Assembly: GCF_006345805.1 (NCBI RefSeq)
Contig: NC_043004.1
Coordinates: 104,904,001 to 104,968,000, forward strand
Source: Octopus sinensis
Taxonomy: Eukaryota
Length of the DNA stretch: 64,000 nt
Direction: 5' to 3'
Shown: positions 23,523-37,024 of the stretch, in pieces
Layout: every line of letters starts with the position of its first letter
How positions within the stretch are numbered: position 1 is the stretch's first letter
Translations under genes and position numbers: made by a program
Notes under the pieces: model-generated
What the model was told of the DNA's origin: nothing
Database searches by the model: none
What the model saw: the letters and a program-made list of their open reading frames with translations, nothing else

Positions 23523-23980
23523 GGCATCTTTTCGCTTTGACCGGCAGATTTTAAAAATAATTTCTTTGTAACTAAACTTTTAAACTTCGTATACTGGCAG
23601 AATGTGTTTATAAAACATCTTTTTCTCTTGGCTTTCTTGAGAAAATTCTATAGTTTGTAAAATATTTGTTAATTTCTTGCATTTCGGCAATTTCAACCAA
23701 TCAATGACGTCTATTGAGGTGAATACAATTCACCGTAAATAATTGTTGTTGAGAAGGATTCGGAGAAATTGTATTCACCTCAATAGACATCATTGATTGG
23801 TTGAAATTGCCGAAATGCAAGAAATTAAACAACAAATATCTTACAAACTACAGAATTTTCTCAAGAAAGCCAAGAGAAAAAGATGTTTTATAAACACATT
23901 CTACCAGTATACGAAGTTTAAAAGTGTTTAGTTACAAAGAAATTATTTTAAAAATCTGCCGGTCAAAGCGAAAAGATCCC
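23523..23980. mobile_element. Fold-back MITE, 458 bp, putative 6-bp TSD atacgt
   Basis: Arms 23523-23730 and 23767-23980 are near-perfect inverted repeats; atacgt at 23517-23522 and 23981-23986. Confidence 0.85.
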
Positions 23981-24454
23981 ATACGTGTTATATATGTAAT
24001 AGAATTTGTAAATTTTTAAAAATTCAAGAAAGAATAGACACATTTGTTAAAGCAGTTTTCTATCCGAAAATAAAAGCGAGGATGATCACGGCTGGAATAA
24101 TCTTGAATAAAAGTCGGTTTGATAAGGTCAGCCTGGGGCTAATCCCCTCCAACATCAAACGAAGAGGCATGGAAGAAAAAGTTGACTTCGGTGGAATTTG
24201 AACTCCTAATGTAGGACGGATATGTCCGTCTGTCAACTTCTTTACCATCAACCACCCTCATCTGGACTACCTGGGATCAGTAATAGCGTGAGTAATGCTA
24301 ATTGTTAAGGATAAGACTATCAACATGTGACGTTGACAATGTCTCAGCCAATCAAAATCGCCGTTGTATCATTTACATGGTGTGACGATCTGCTCATCAC
24401 GTCGCCTGTTCATCATCAGATGGTCATAGAGTACATCTCAAGTTTTGGCTACGG

Positions 24455-24529
24455 ATGGTTGCAATCGACAGCTGTGCGAAGCTGCTTTTTCATGTAAAAA
24501 ATAAGGTCGGGGTTAATATATTTAACGGA
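24455..24529 (+). CDS. Candidate first coding exon (MVAIDSCAKLLFHVKNKVGVNIFNG)
   Basis: ATG to GGA|GTAAGT, phase 0, compatible with exon 26957; CCAAT motif about 100 nt upstream (cagccaatc near 24345). Confidence 0.4.
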
Positions 24530-24799
24530 GTAAGTCAAGAAATTTTGACGGGTTAAAATTTCGCTCGTAGAAACGAACAGAAACTAACGAAAAGTTTAAT
24601 AACGAATGCTGGTCAAAGGGAGGCAACCCGGGAGTTTACTGGATTTTACAGAAAATTCATGAGATGCGGACGTGGTTGAGAGGTTAAGGAGTTCGCTTCG
24701 CATTCATTGGAGTTTCAGGCTTAAGTCCCAGGGCATAGGTCATTTAGGAGAGGGTTTTACGATAGTTTCCGTTTGACTAATGTCTTCTGAATGAATTTG

Positions 24800-26760
24800 G
24801 TTGACGGAATCTAAACGAAATCCCGCAGTGCGCGCACGTGTATATTCAAAAATAAAAATACATGCAATGTGTCTGTGTATGTTTGTACATTCGGAAGCGA
24901 AGGTAAAACGCGTGTACTCCACCCGTTTCCGGGGTTTTGTCTTTTTCCAAACATTTTTCGGATCTCTATTTTCGATCCCAAAATTACGTTTACAAAATTT
25001 CAATTTCCCCCACCCCAATTTCTTAATTTTTAACTTTTTTTTCGAATTTTTGTTTTAATCCACGTAACAGTGATTACGAAACTGGAATTTCTTTTTTTTA
25101 CTTTAATTTTTCTAACCGAAACATTCAATTTCTCATCTACCCACCTCGTCCACCCAACACCTCCCCGCTTTCAAAAAGCTAAAAATTCCGAATCTTTCAC
25201 TTTCGTCTGATGTTTCACTCATGCGTAGAATTCTATTGAAATAGCAACCGTCAAAAATATCAGACCTCCACCAGAAATCCTGGCATGCTAGAAACAACAG
25301 CCAAACTACATTATTTCTGGAAAAACTTCCCCTCTTTCAAAAAAGTAAAACATTCGGAGGTGATGGGTGGAAGTTTAAAAAGTTCTTAAAGACAAAACAA
25401 AAAAAAAGTGTAATAGGTGTAAAAGAAATGTGTAGTAAACACATCAAAAAGCCAAAATTTGCGCAAAAGAACCAGGGGTGGGGAGAGGACTTTCGGAAAT
25501 TCACACAGTCCAAATTTTTTCCCCACGTAACTTTCAGGAAACTGGATATCTTTTAATGAAATTTTATACAAATACCTTTCAAATGGCATAGATTACGATT
25601 ATAAAGAAATTTGTGGGGAAAGCTTTTTCCGAAGGGGTGGGGAAAAGATTTGGGGAAAATTCACACGATCCGATTTTTTTTCTCATAGCTGTCAAGAAAA
25701 TGGGTATCTTTTAATGAAAGTTTATACAAATACTTTTCAAACGGCATAGATTACAATTATAAAGAAATTTGTGGGGAAAAATTTTTTTCTGAAGAAGTGA
25801 GAGAGGAGTTTCGGATCAAGAAGACCACATAAGCTGGAATTTCTCCGTTTTGAAAGGGATTTTTCCAGTTGCTTTTCACCACAGCCTTCGAAATGTTGGG
25901 GAGCATCTTGGAAAATTTATGATTTTTTTTTACTCCTCTCTCCCGTTAATTATGATACCAATGGACCATGCTCCATTGGTATCCATGCGTGCTCCATTGA
26001 TAGAATATAAGTATCAACAAAGAAATAATAATTCTAATTTTTACCCCCACCTTAATTAAGCGAGGCCCTGTGTGTGTAAAAAAAAAAGAACATTTTCTAA
26101 TAGAAAGTATCAAAATGAATTGTCTTTTACTTTTTTAAAAAGAATCGCTGTGGATAAATTCCAAAATTGAAGTGGGGTTGGAAAAAAATCATTAATTAAT
26201 TCTTTTTTTTTTTAGCATAAATGTGTTTACGGGGAGAAAATATTGAAAAACATCAATACATACGAGAGTGAGAAAGAAACGGGTTGTCTTGGAGTGTGCT
26301 AGAAACGACAGCCAAATCTTCCTTAAATCACAGTTTTTCTTCAGAAAATAATTACATTTTTTTTTATCACTGAAAAGGCTCCTTCCATAATTTTAAGTGC
26401 AAAAAATTGGCCAAAATCGGCCCGGAAGGGGGATGGAGGGAGTAAAATAAATGAACTTATGTGGTCTTCTTGATCCGAAACTCCGTTTTTCCGAAACACC
26501 TCTCCCCACCCCTTCGGAAAAAATTTTCCTCGCAAATTTCTGTATAATCGTAATCTATACCATTTGAAAGGTTTTTGTATTCGATTTAAGAAAAGAAAAT
26601 TCCCAGATTCGTAATCTCTGTATTTTTCTACGTGGATTGAAAGAAAAATTCGAAAAGAAGTTGAAAATTAAGAAATTAGGGTGAGTTGGGGGCGGGGAAA
26701 TTAAGATTTTGAAAACGTGATTTTGGGGCAAAATCGTATTCTCCTACACCGAAAACATAG
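24800..26760. repeat. Mosaic of a dispersed repeat family with ~150-bp subunits in both orientations
   Basis: The subunit ...aaatggcatagattacgattataaagaaatttgtgggga... is tandem at 25540-25830 and inverted at 26450-26730; also at 36800-37480 and 48660-49720. Confidence 0.75.
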
Positions 26761-26956
26761 AAATTGATATGTCCAAGTCCAATTCGATTCAAATATATAC
26801 GATGTAAAGATATACCTAACTAATAACTAACCCAGTGGTTCCAATATCGAGAAGAAAAAATAGGTAAAATCAAAAATATAGTTCTAGACCCAAGTAATAA
26901 TATATTACAAATTAAATATAACTTTGGGTATTTGATATAAAAATTCTAATTTTCAG

Positions 26957-27188
26957 GTCTATGTTCCAAACTTTTGGCCAACAACAACAATATATATAAT
27001 CAGGTTGATTAAAAATAGTAAGCAACGTTTAAAGAACACAAATATCCTACCTGTGTCGGTGGACGTGGAAGGAGAGGAAGGGTTGCCCGAAAACTCTGGG
27101 TGCGTCCTGGTGCATGAGGAGGAGAAGATGAAACTAATGGAAAAGTTTGGGACAGAAGAATTGGACATAGGCGTGACAGCAGACGCAG
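26957..27188 (+). CDS. Candidate internal coding exon of an unidentified protein
   Basis: ttctaattttcag| acceptor, open frame VYVPNFWP...LPENSGCVLVHEEEKMKLMEKFGTEELDIGVTADA, donor G|GTAAGC; higher GC than flanks. Confidence 0.55.
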
Positions 27189-27417
27189 GTAAGCTGCCGC
27201 CGAAGTTAAGCTTCACCGACCTGTATTTCGATTATAAGTTTGTTAAAAAGAAAAAGTGTAAATGAAGTCGTTCGGATGTGGGGTCGAGTGGCTTCGTTCC
27301 ATTTCATTACTCTTTTTTTTTTTTTCATCTTTCTCATTCGTTTGTCTTTTGTTGTCCCCACTTATGTGTTTGTATTTGTCCTTCTGTGTTTAGCCCCTTG
27401 TGGACAATAAAGAAATC

Positions 27418-28350
27418 GTTGTTAGAATCATCTGAAATGGAACCGTCAAAGCGCGATATTCGAGCAATTTTGTTATTCAACTTCAAAAATGGACGTAAAG
27501 CTGCTGAAACTGCTCGCAGTATCAACGAAAAGGTTTGGTGAGGAAATGGCCAGTGAGTGGTCAGCTCGGAAATGGTTTAAACGATTTCGCAGAGGAGACT
27601 TGAGCCTTGAAGATCGTGAGCGTAGTGGACGCCCATCAGTCATCGATGACGGTCAATAAAAGACCGTCATTGAAAAAGATCCTCGTAAAACCAATCGAGA
27701 ACTGGTAAAAGAACTTCAAGTTAGCCAGAAAACTGCCTGCAACCATTTGCATGCGATCGGAAAATCAAAAAAGCTCGACAGTTGGGTACCACATGATTTG
27801 AATGAAAATCAGAAAATGCGCAGATATGAAATTTGCTCGTCGCTTCTGTGTAACAAGACCGGTCCATTTCTTGACCGTATTGTAACTTGCAATGAAAAGT
27901 GGATTCTGTACAATAATAAAAACATTTTTCGCATTAGTTGGACCAAAATGAAGCACCGAAAACCTACCCTAAAACCGAGCTCTTCAAAAAGGATGTTATG
28001 GTGACTGTTTGGTTCTTCGTGACAATGCTCGACCCCGTTTCACTAATGGCGCTCCAGAAGTGGAGGGAACTCGGCTACGAAGTTCTTCCCCACCCAGCTT
28101 ATTTCCCAGACTTTTCTCCTACCGGCTATCACTTTTTCAAACATCTTGATGGATTCCTACGAGAGAAGGTGTTCAAAAATCAAACCGATACTGAAAGTGC
28201 ATTCAAAGAGTTCATCAGCTCCAGAACTCCAGATTTTATGTTACTGTAACTCATTGGCAAAAATGTGTTGATTTTAATGGTATTTACTTTGATGAATAAA
28301 ATTTCTGCATTGTTGAAATATATTGTGATGAATTTCTTGTATCAAAACGC
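27418..28350 (+). mobile_element. Decayed mariner with internal deletion
   Basis: IRAILLFNFKNGRKAAETARSIN (HTH), WVPHDL, FLDRIVTCNEKWILYN, HPAYFPDFSPTGYH; many stops. Confidence 0.92.
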
Positions 28351-28609
28351 TGCTTACTTTTTATAGCAGAAGCAACAGAGTGACTCAACGGCCGAGAGTT
28401 TTAGGCGTTGGTACTTATGTCAACCGGCCTTTGTGTCACTTTGTTGCTTCTACTAAATATTAATAAAAAATATACTCATTTCTATGTTTCGTGTTTGCAT
28501 CACCAAGCCTATTGGTATGTATGCATTGGGTGTAATCTGAAGCAGTATTGCAGCATAGTGCGGATGCGATGGGTTATCAATGATTTGGAAACAAATTCAG
28601 AAAGATGAA

Positions 28610-28800
28610 CTATAATCCTTTCTACTAAAGGCACAAGGCCTGAAATTTTGGGGAAAGGAGTTATTCGATTACATCGGCCCCAGTGTTTCACCCCGAAAGG
28701 CAAAGTTGATCCCGGCGGAATTTGAGCTCAAAACGTAAAGATGGACGAAATGCCGCTAAGCATTTTACCCCGCGTGCTAACGATTCTGCCAGTTTGCCGC
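28610..28800 (-). mobile_element. SINE family B
   Basis: Reverse complement of the family B consensus motifs. Confidence 0.85.
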
Positions 28801-28959
28801 CCTGAGAAATATGAAATATAATGAGAACTAAAATTAAACTTTTCCGACAATCCATTTAAAACTGATGTTAGATACACTTTCCAAAAGAGTGATAAAAACA
28901 CTAGAATGCATCTGAATTCATTGCAGGTTCGTATCTCGGGTGGAGCACTTTAACTTCGT

Positions 28960-30060
28960 TATAATACAGAGTTTTGTTACAAGCCTATTTTATCTTGAAC
29001 ATAGAAATTCTAAAATCATCACAATATATCCTACGTCTGCCGAAAATAAATGTATTTTTGATCTTATAATATTTCCCATCATTTTTGATAATATAAACCC
29101 ATCTGTTTGACAAATTGTTGATCCTTCGCACATAAAACCCTTCAAGTTTCGAAGCGAAGAAGGATTTAATATCAGTTTTAACTGCTCCATAATTAATAAA
29201 CTTTTTCCCTCTAAATAACCTTGCAACGATCTGAAAAGATGATTGTCTGACGAAGTATTGTCAGGAGAGCAAATATAGTAAGGCAAGATTATCCAAATTT
29301 AGTGCCTTAATATTTTTTCTGAGTGACAAGGGAATTATGTGGTCTTGCATTCTTGTTTAAGAGCAACCCGATTTACGATTGACCAAATGATGGCTTTTTT
29401 ATTTGTTTGTTTTGTTTTGTTTTTTTTTCCTGCAAATCTTTTGTAATGTTTACAATTGACGATAATGCTTAAACTGTTTCGTTTTGGTCGAATACTTCAT
29501 AATAAACGGCATTTTTAATTTTCCTCCAAACACAGAGCATACCTTTTTTTTATTTTCTGGTGTAGTCCTGGTGTGGGAATTAATTCTCCTTTTTCGTTAG
29601 GTGCTGACCAAAGTCATTTACGTTAGATATGATTATAGAGACCCCACTTTTTATCACTTTAGATGATTCTACCTAGGAAAGGTTCGGTAACAAGCTTACT
29701 TTTATGATGAACAGAGGGAATCTCTTTGATTAAGCTGAGGAGCAGTCAAATGATGCGAGACTCCCTGATGAAGTTTGAACACTTTTCTTAGTTCGAGAAA
29801 GTGTTTTTATGATCGAAGTGCGACTTGGATTGAACTGTTTTGCTAAATGTTGTGCAGTTTGCTGTGGATGTTTCTCAACTACAGTTTTCAGAAGCTAAAT
29901 ATTGACAGGACTTAATCGTCAAAAATTGGAAGAAATCTGCAAGAGAATAATTTTCCGACCTAAAGTGGCAAATCCAGACACTTTAAGCTTCCTTACATAA
30001 ATAGGGTAAATATTTCTTGCTGCTTCCATTACTGAAGATCCCGTTTTGAATCATACAGCA
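28960..30060 (-). mobile_element. Heavily decayed mariner
   Basis: Minus-strand LGRII*SDKKWGLYN (cf. RIVTGDEKW) near 29640-29680, PTPGLHQK, and SPDNTSSDNHLFRSLQ. Confidence 0.8.
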
Positions 30061-30789
30061 TGCATTATCTGATATCGTCTCATCTAAATTCATTTCAAAA
30101 AGGTAAATTTTACCACTATGGTTTAAATTTGCAAAGAAAGGAAAAAAAAATTAGAAGGTAAAAATCAATGTTTATTTTCTCATAAGTATAGAAAAAGTAC
30201 CCTCTAAGGGATCGTGCCAAAAGTGCGACAGATCTTACATTCCAATCTAATATCAAATTATTCTTCCTTTCCCCAGGTTGTTATTTCGTATTTTAATCAA
30301 TTGTAACTTGGGACCATTAAATTATAAATTTTCGTGAGTTGTCCCCCTTGCCTCTGGTTGCTTTTCGCATGAACATTTGACACAGGCATAGTTATTATTA
30401 CTTCATCGTGCTCTTACCGTTAAGTGTTATATTTGGTCTATAATTTTTTTTCTATTTAGTAGGGGTACATTGAGGTATTATAAATTTTTCTCTTAATTAT
30501 TCCCTCATTTCTAGAATTACACATCTGCCTTGTCATTGCTACTATTGGGTCATCCCATAAACAATGCGGTTTTTTAATACTTCTTTTATTTTTCAAAATT
30601 AAGCTAAACAAAGTTCTTTCTTACTCTAAAATATACTCTCCTTGATTTTCTACAATGCTCTTTCATCTATCTGGTAGACTTGCAAGATCCCTCTTCCAAA
30701 ATTCACTTGGCCGTGACAATAAAATACTCCTCCTGTACTGTTCTGACCTTGTCTACAGAATTCATATTTTTCCGTCCAAATGATTTTTA

Positions 30790-31740
30790 AGACTGCGGAA
30801 TAAATGATAATGGAGCAATGTCCATTGCGTATGGAGAGTGGGGCATCGTTTCCCATTCAAACGGCTCCAGCCTGTATGTGGCCGAGCGTCATCCTAATGG
30901 AGAAACACCTTTCGTCTTGAAACCAAAGATGGTCGTTTTTCTTCTAGTGCTGACTTAAGCCGCTTAAGCTGCTCGCAGTCGATTTCCTTTGTTATCGTTT
31001 GGATTGGGTCTAAAAGTTCAAAGTGGACTAAACCTTTCATATCCCACCAAACAGATAACAAGACCTGTAGCTTTCTCTACCCACTGTCTTCGGTGCTTGA
31101 CAATTTTATAGAAAACCCATTTCTCGTCACCGGTCACTATTCGGTCCAAAAAAGGTCCATTCGTTCATTCACTCTCTGCACGCCATTGAACTCGGAAAGT
31201 TTGTGAGGAAGTCATTAACCCGATTTGCTGACTTTTCTGATGACATGCAGGTGCCGATGAATGGTTGAATGACCAAATCCAAGCTTCTCTGCTAGTTACG
31301 GTGGGATTTTGTTCCAACAGGATTTGCAGGATGAGGCTCATCTTCTAGGCTGTAGCTTCTGGTTCGGAATCACTGTTGTCACTGGAACCACTAGTGACAT
31401 TGACTTACGCTTATTGCCCGATCCCCATATACTACATAAATATGCCTCGCACTCTCCTTTCCGCTGTTGCCTTTATTGAACTCATAAAGCAAAATATGCC
31501 AAATATGCTCTTTTGTCATTTCCATTATGGCTTTCAAAACTGTTAAAATCGAGCTGCACTCTTCAACACTTGCACTAAGAATAACTACAAGGTAAAATTA
31601 CTACCAGCCTTTATAGCAAGTTGATGCAGGTAGTTTATCCCGCCCCGGTCCGACTTTTTGTTCATATAATTGAAAAAATTGCATTATTTATAGAATTACC
31701 AATACTTTATATCGGTGTTTTAAGCTAAAGTTATTTGAAG
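30790..31740 (-). mobile_element. Decayed mariner, 3'-truncated
   Basis: GPFLDRIVTGDEKWVF near 31110-31165, LH*DDARPH and EWETMPHSPYAMDIAPS near 30810-30900. Confidence 0.88.
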
Positions 31741-32217
31741 CCATACAGTACGCTAATGTTGTTCCATGCCAAACCTTTTGAAGCCTCTCTCTCTCACACA
31801 CACACACACTCTATACTATCCCTTATAAGCAATGGTGATCATGAATCTCTCTGCTAAAACCTGAAGATTCATGATTTTTTGGAAGAACGGTACGGCGGTA
31901 TTCCCTGATACTTTCTGTCAGTTGATTTACAGTTCTGTTCTGTTAATCTCCGGCTCCACCGAGATTATCTTTGAGGCACATAACCTATAAAATCCTTAGG
32001 CAAGGAGCATGATTCACGTAATATCAGAGTATGTCCAAACATCGGTGAGTAGATGTTAAATATGTCTGGGAGCCAGCCCTCCGAGTCTTGCGTTTCTTAG
32101 GCACAGAACTACGGAGATTATTTGGTACTAACCTATACACTTGACTTTCCAGTCGAAGGTTGTTCGGGGGTTAAGGACGAATTTGTTGCTATGTGACACA
32201 GCATAGCTGTGAGGTAA

Positions 32218-32820
32218 GAAAGCGGCGAGCTGGCAGAATCGTTAGCACGCCGGGCGAAAGGCTGAGTGGTATTTCGTCTGCCGCTACGTTCTGAGTTCAA
32301 ATTCCACCGAGATCGACTTTGCCTTTCATCCTTTCGGGGTCGATAAATTAAGTGCCAGTTACGCACTGGGGTCGATGTAATCGACTTAATCCGTTTCTGT
32401 CCTTGTTTGACCCCTCTATGTTTAGCCCCTTGTGGACAATAAAGAAATAAGAAGCTTGCTTCTTAACCACACTGTTCCGGATTCATTACCAATTTATAAC
32501 ACCTTGAGAAAGTGTCTTCTTCGGACCGGCCAAAGCCCTGATGAACGGAAACTGAAAGAGGTCCGTTGCGAGTGTGCGTGTGAGACACTCGCTTGGCAGC
32601 TGCCGTGGGTGTGTCAGCGTCAGCGAAGCCACTCGGTTCGGCAAAAGAGGCTGACAGACTAAGTACCGGGCTTTAAACAAACAAACAAACAAATTAAAAA
32701 AGAAAGAAAAAACGAAATACTGGAGTCGATTCGTTCGACTAAAATTCTTCAGGTTGGCGCCCCAGCTTGGCCGCAGTCTAAAAACTGAAACAAGCAAGAA
32801 AATAAAAGGTAAAAACTGCC
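32218..32820 (+). mobile_element. SINE family B followed directly by SINE family A
   Basis: agcggcgagctggcagaatcgttagcacgccgggcg...aagaaata, then agcttgcttcttaaccac...ctgaaacaagcaagaaaataaaag. Confidence 0.85.
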
Positions 32821-34074
32821 AAGTTATGAAGCTCGCTTCGCAACTATATATTTTCGGATTCGATCTCTTGGCACCAGTGTCTTTTACTGCCATTCTGTTG
32901 AGTCGAGCCTGGGAATAAAATCTGGTTAGAACCGTCAGAATCGTCTTTAGGGCACAGTAGTATGGCTAGTGGTGAGTGGGGTCTGCTCCGGGCGACGCTT
33001 TTATGAGGGCAGCACTTTGGGGTTCTGTCGTATAAGCCCGTATAGAGGGCGGCAAACCCAATGCGTATTCGTAATCTCCGACACCTAAAACATAGGAATC
33101 CGATTTTTCTGTTTTTTTAATCCATTTTTTCCAGGAGAGTCGCGATTCTGCATTAGCCCCGCAAGCTTCTTACCACACAACCACGTCTGCGCTTCTATGT
33201 AGGACTACATTATATAATTGCTTCTAAATAGACACAAAGACTGGAATTTTGGGGTGGGGGGGAGAGATGTTTGTCGATTACATCGATTTCAGTATTTGAC
33301 TGGAACTTCATTTTATGGAAAACAAAGTTGGCCTCAGTGGGATTTGAACGCAGAACGTAAGGAACCGGAAGAAATATCGAAAAGAATTTTGTCCGACCTT
33401 CCAACCATTCTACCGAAAATGCACCCGTCTTATTTATGACCCTAGAATCTACTTTAAAGGAAAATTGGCTGCTATTTCTGGTAGGTCGTGCGGCTATATA
33501 GAGGCTTTCTGTGTCTAATTGCTCGTTAAGTACTAATTATTAATGCGTCAGTTGGAATTTTGATATGTTTGTTTTTCATGATAATAAACCTAGATTTAAT
33601 TGAGTTAGCCTAACTGGATGTCTTGGGGTAGCGGAATTTCGTGATGACGTGTTCGTTGTATGAGATAAGAAGCATATATCTATGACTGGGAGGTCAAACA
33701 GTGTTTAGCGCCGGAAATCGCTAATAAAAAAAAAACCATCAACACTTCAATAATCGGACTGAATCATTAATCCAATAACCATGAAATACCCCAGTGCAAT
33801 GAAAAGCAATAACACTCATCCTGTGTGAATAGCTGCATGTTCAAGGTTTTATTCCGACATGAGATTAATGAACGCGTACAGTGGGTATACAGTAAAGATT
33901 TCTAGGAAGAAGAATGGTTTTGAACAACTTGCCATGTTCCATTATGATTTTGTGTGCATAGAAATAAATTAAAATAAGACGAGATTTACTTTCCACGGGC
34001 AATAGACGTAGAATACCATGATGAGCTATTGGTAGGAAATCAGATACCGAATTCATGTGTCTGGCTCTCTCTAG

Positions 34075-34145
34075 GTCGCGGTGGACCTTTGTCGTGTTTC
34101 GAAAAAGCAGTTGAGCAGAGAGTCGGAGAAGAGGTGCTAATTTAA
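34075..34145 (+). CDS. Candidate terminal exon (GRGGPLSCFEKAVEQRVGEEVLI*)
   Basis: ctctctctag| acceptor; phase 1 completes GGT with exon 26957-27188; a chance match is not excluded. Confidence 0.3.
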
Positions 34146-34275
34146 GTGGGAATACCACTTAAATAGGCAATGTGCTACTAGCGACCTCCTGCGTGTTATT
34201 TTGAAGCTATGCGTAATACATTAGCAAAGGCGGGGTTAATTACGTTCGCTTGAAATTTTCTAGAATCTTCTAGGA

Positions 34276-36360
34276 CAGTGTTTCCCAAACTTTTCGCGCC
34301 AAATTGCAATATCGCCCACCTATCGGCCAAAAAGTGCTCCATCGCCCACCTGCTTAAAAGTCCCTCACCCCTGTATCATTTGTGACACACACTATATCGT
34401 AGACTCGTTGCCCTGTTGGTTTCGTTTGTACTAAATATGCGGTTGTTTACAAATCCCAACTAAATAATGTAATGTAGTTTAGTTTGCCATTAGTGTCAAT
34501 AAAATTGAAACGTTAACTATAGTTTTCAGACAGATTAACTTCTGGAAACTTGCGCTTTCTTTTACACTGATTTTCATTTTCCCCAAATGAACCATTGATC
34601 AGAATTACTGATGCAAAAATAATTAATGATTGAATTATAAAGGAAAATAATAAAACTTTTTAATGAGAACCATGTGTCTGGTGCGATGCAACTAGTGCAG
34701 ATAGATTCGGCTTCAAACTTGTCGGCTTTAACCGCAAGTCTCCTCCTTGTATCACATCCAGTCCAATTCTTTTATGGGAAAGCAAAGTTCCAACATGGTT
34801 AAAACCAGATTCAGCCAGGTATGAGGTAGGGAAGACAAGCAAATGTAATTTCAGATGTGTCCACAGACTGGGGTAGGAATTCGATATACTCTGATGGTAC
34901 CACAAACCTTCTTTGCCATTAGGGCGATATCGCATTGTGATGTCATTGTCATTTTCTAATTTTGTCAATTCCAACTGGACGTCATCCTCTCAATTGACTG
35001 CATCAACCTCAAACGGATTGCTATGCCAATTCTGAATATTCGGCGCAAAAACATCTTGAAATCGCTCCACCATGTTATCGTGCAATGATTGTAAATAGCT
35101 GCGATATGCAGTTAAATCCTCATCAACTAATTCATCTTTCAAAGAATCAAGTTGTGGAAATTGATGGAATTGACGTTTTGAAATGTTAGTCTTAAACAAC
35201 ACCAATTCCGAAATGAAGGAAGTGATAAATGATTTACAATCTATGAGAGTTTTTCTGTTTCCTTGCAATAACGTATTCAAATAATGTAATTTTGTGAATA
35301 TATCACAAAGAAAAAAAGATATCGTACCTTGCAGCCATCAATGAAGCGGATAGTGGAATATCTTCAAAGAAAGATATGATTATATGAAACAGTTCAACAA
35401 AGCGTAAAACACAGTTGCCTTTTCACAGACACAGCACTTTGGTAGAGTATAAGAGTTTAGTATGGTCCTCATCATTTCTCAGACAGAGTTGACAGAAAAT
35501 TCGATCAGACAAGGGACTGGACTTCAATTTGTTCACAGTCTTGATAACTAACTGTAGCGCATCATTCAACCTACCGTTCATATTTTTTGCCACTAAATGC
35601 TTCCGTTGTGCCAAGCAATGAACAGTTAGTATCTGGTGGGAAATTTCACGCTTTAGGAGAGATGAAAAACCTCTGTATCTTACTATCATCGAAGGGGCTC
35701 CATCAGATGCACAAGCAAGAATATTACTAAGTGGGATATTATGTTCAAAAAGGAACGACTTGACAGTGTGAAAAATAGTTGCACCTTTTAAATCAAGCGG
35801 CAATTTCTCTGTGAACAGCATTTCCTCACAAGGTTGAAGGTTTTCGCTGAAATACCGAACATATACCATCATCAAACATTGATTGTCCACAACAGTTGAC
35901 TCATCCATTTGTATAGAAAATTCAGAACGCTGGGGAATACTAATGAGCTGATGTTTGGCATCGTTGGCCATTTCATCGATGCTTCGAGAAATTGTATTAT
36001 TACTAAAAGGGGTCTTCTTCATAATGTTATCGGGTTTTTCGTGCATAACGGTTGACAAACCTCTTCGATAACTAATGTTTCGCCAATTGTGTGAAACTTC
36101 CCAGACTTAGCAACAAGCAATGCAGTGTTCTACGATGCAATCAACCCGTCATTCTCTTGTTTACTAGTTTCCTGGAGTGGCGTGTTGAATGTATTTACTT
36201 TTTGAAAGAGGAGCTTAGTTGCAAAAAGTATGATAACGGCTAGTTCTTCTTGTCAGAATGCTTTGCATCAAAGTGATACTTCAAGCGTGAAGGTTTCATT
36301 GCTTCGTTGGTGAACGTTTGATGGCAAAGAAGGAACATTGGTAACTGACAGTTCTGATAA
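34276..36360 (-). mobile_element. Buster/Charlie-type hAT transposon, frameshifted, 5' end missing
   Basis: TIR cagtgtttcccaaact at 34276 preceded by ttctagga (central TA typical of Buster targets); transposase fragments NEAMKPSRLKYH, SIQMDESTV, ASDGAPSM, VHCLAQR, LVFPTSYLAESGF. Confidence 0.92.
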
Positions 36361-36379
36361 GAAGGAATAAATCCAAACG

Positions 36380-36483
<104 letters not shown>

Positions 36484-37024
36484 GTAAAAAAATAAAAAAA
36501 TATACAAACGGGACAAGAACGTGAAACATTTAGAAGACGACACAAAAAACACGGACGGGACATTCGAAGCCCTCAATCATCAGTCAAGAACCGGATCATC
36601 TTCGCAATTTCGGCTGATGGACACACACACACACACATATAAGGGCTTTTCAGTTTCCGCCTACCAAATCCACTCACAATGCTTTGGTGGCACCAAGATT
36701 ATAGTATAAGACAATTGCCCAAGATGCCACGCAATGGGACTGAACCTGGAACCATGTGGTTGAGAAGCAAGCTTCTTATCACATAGCCACGACTTTTTCC
36801 CATTAAATTTCGATATAATCGTGATTTACACTACTTGAAAGGTATATGTAGAAAGCTTTTATAAAAAAAAATACCCATTTTGCAGAAAGTTATGAGGAAA
36901 CAAAGTCGACTCTTGTGAATTATCCGACATTCCTCTTCCACCTCACCACCTTCCGGAAAAAAATTTCACAACAAATTCAGATAGATTCGTAATTTACATC
37001 ATTTTGAAACATATTTGTAGAGAA

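Noticed and set aside
29765-29805. CUGAUGA...GAAAG motif
   Set aside because: Antisense of mariner coding sequence; helices I and III do not form.
32538-32556. CUGAUGA-ACG-GAAAC
   Set aside because: Created by an internal deletion in SINE A; no helix II.
36555-36590. Minus-strand CUGAUGA...GAAUGUC
   Set aside because: GAAU instead of GAAA and no helix I pairing.
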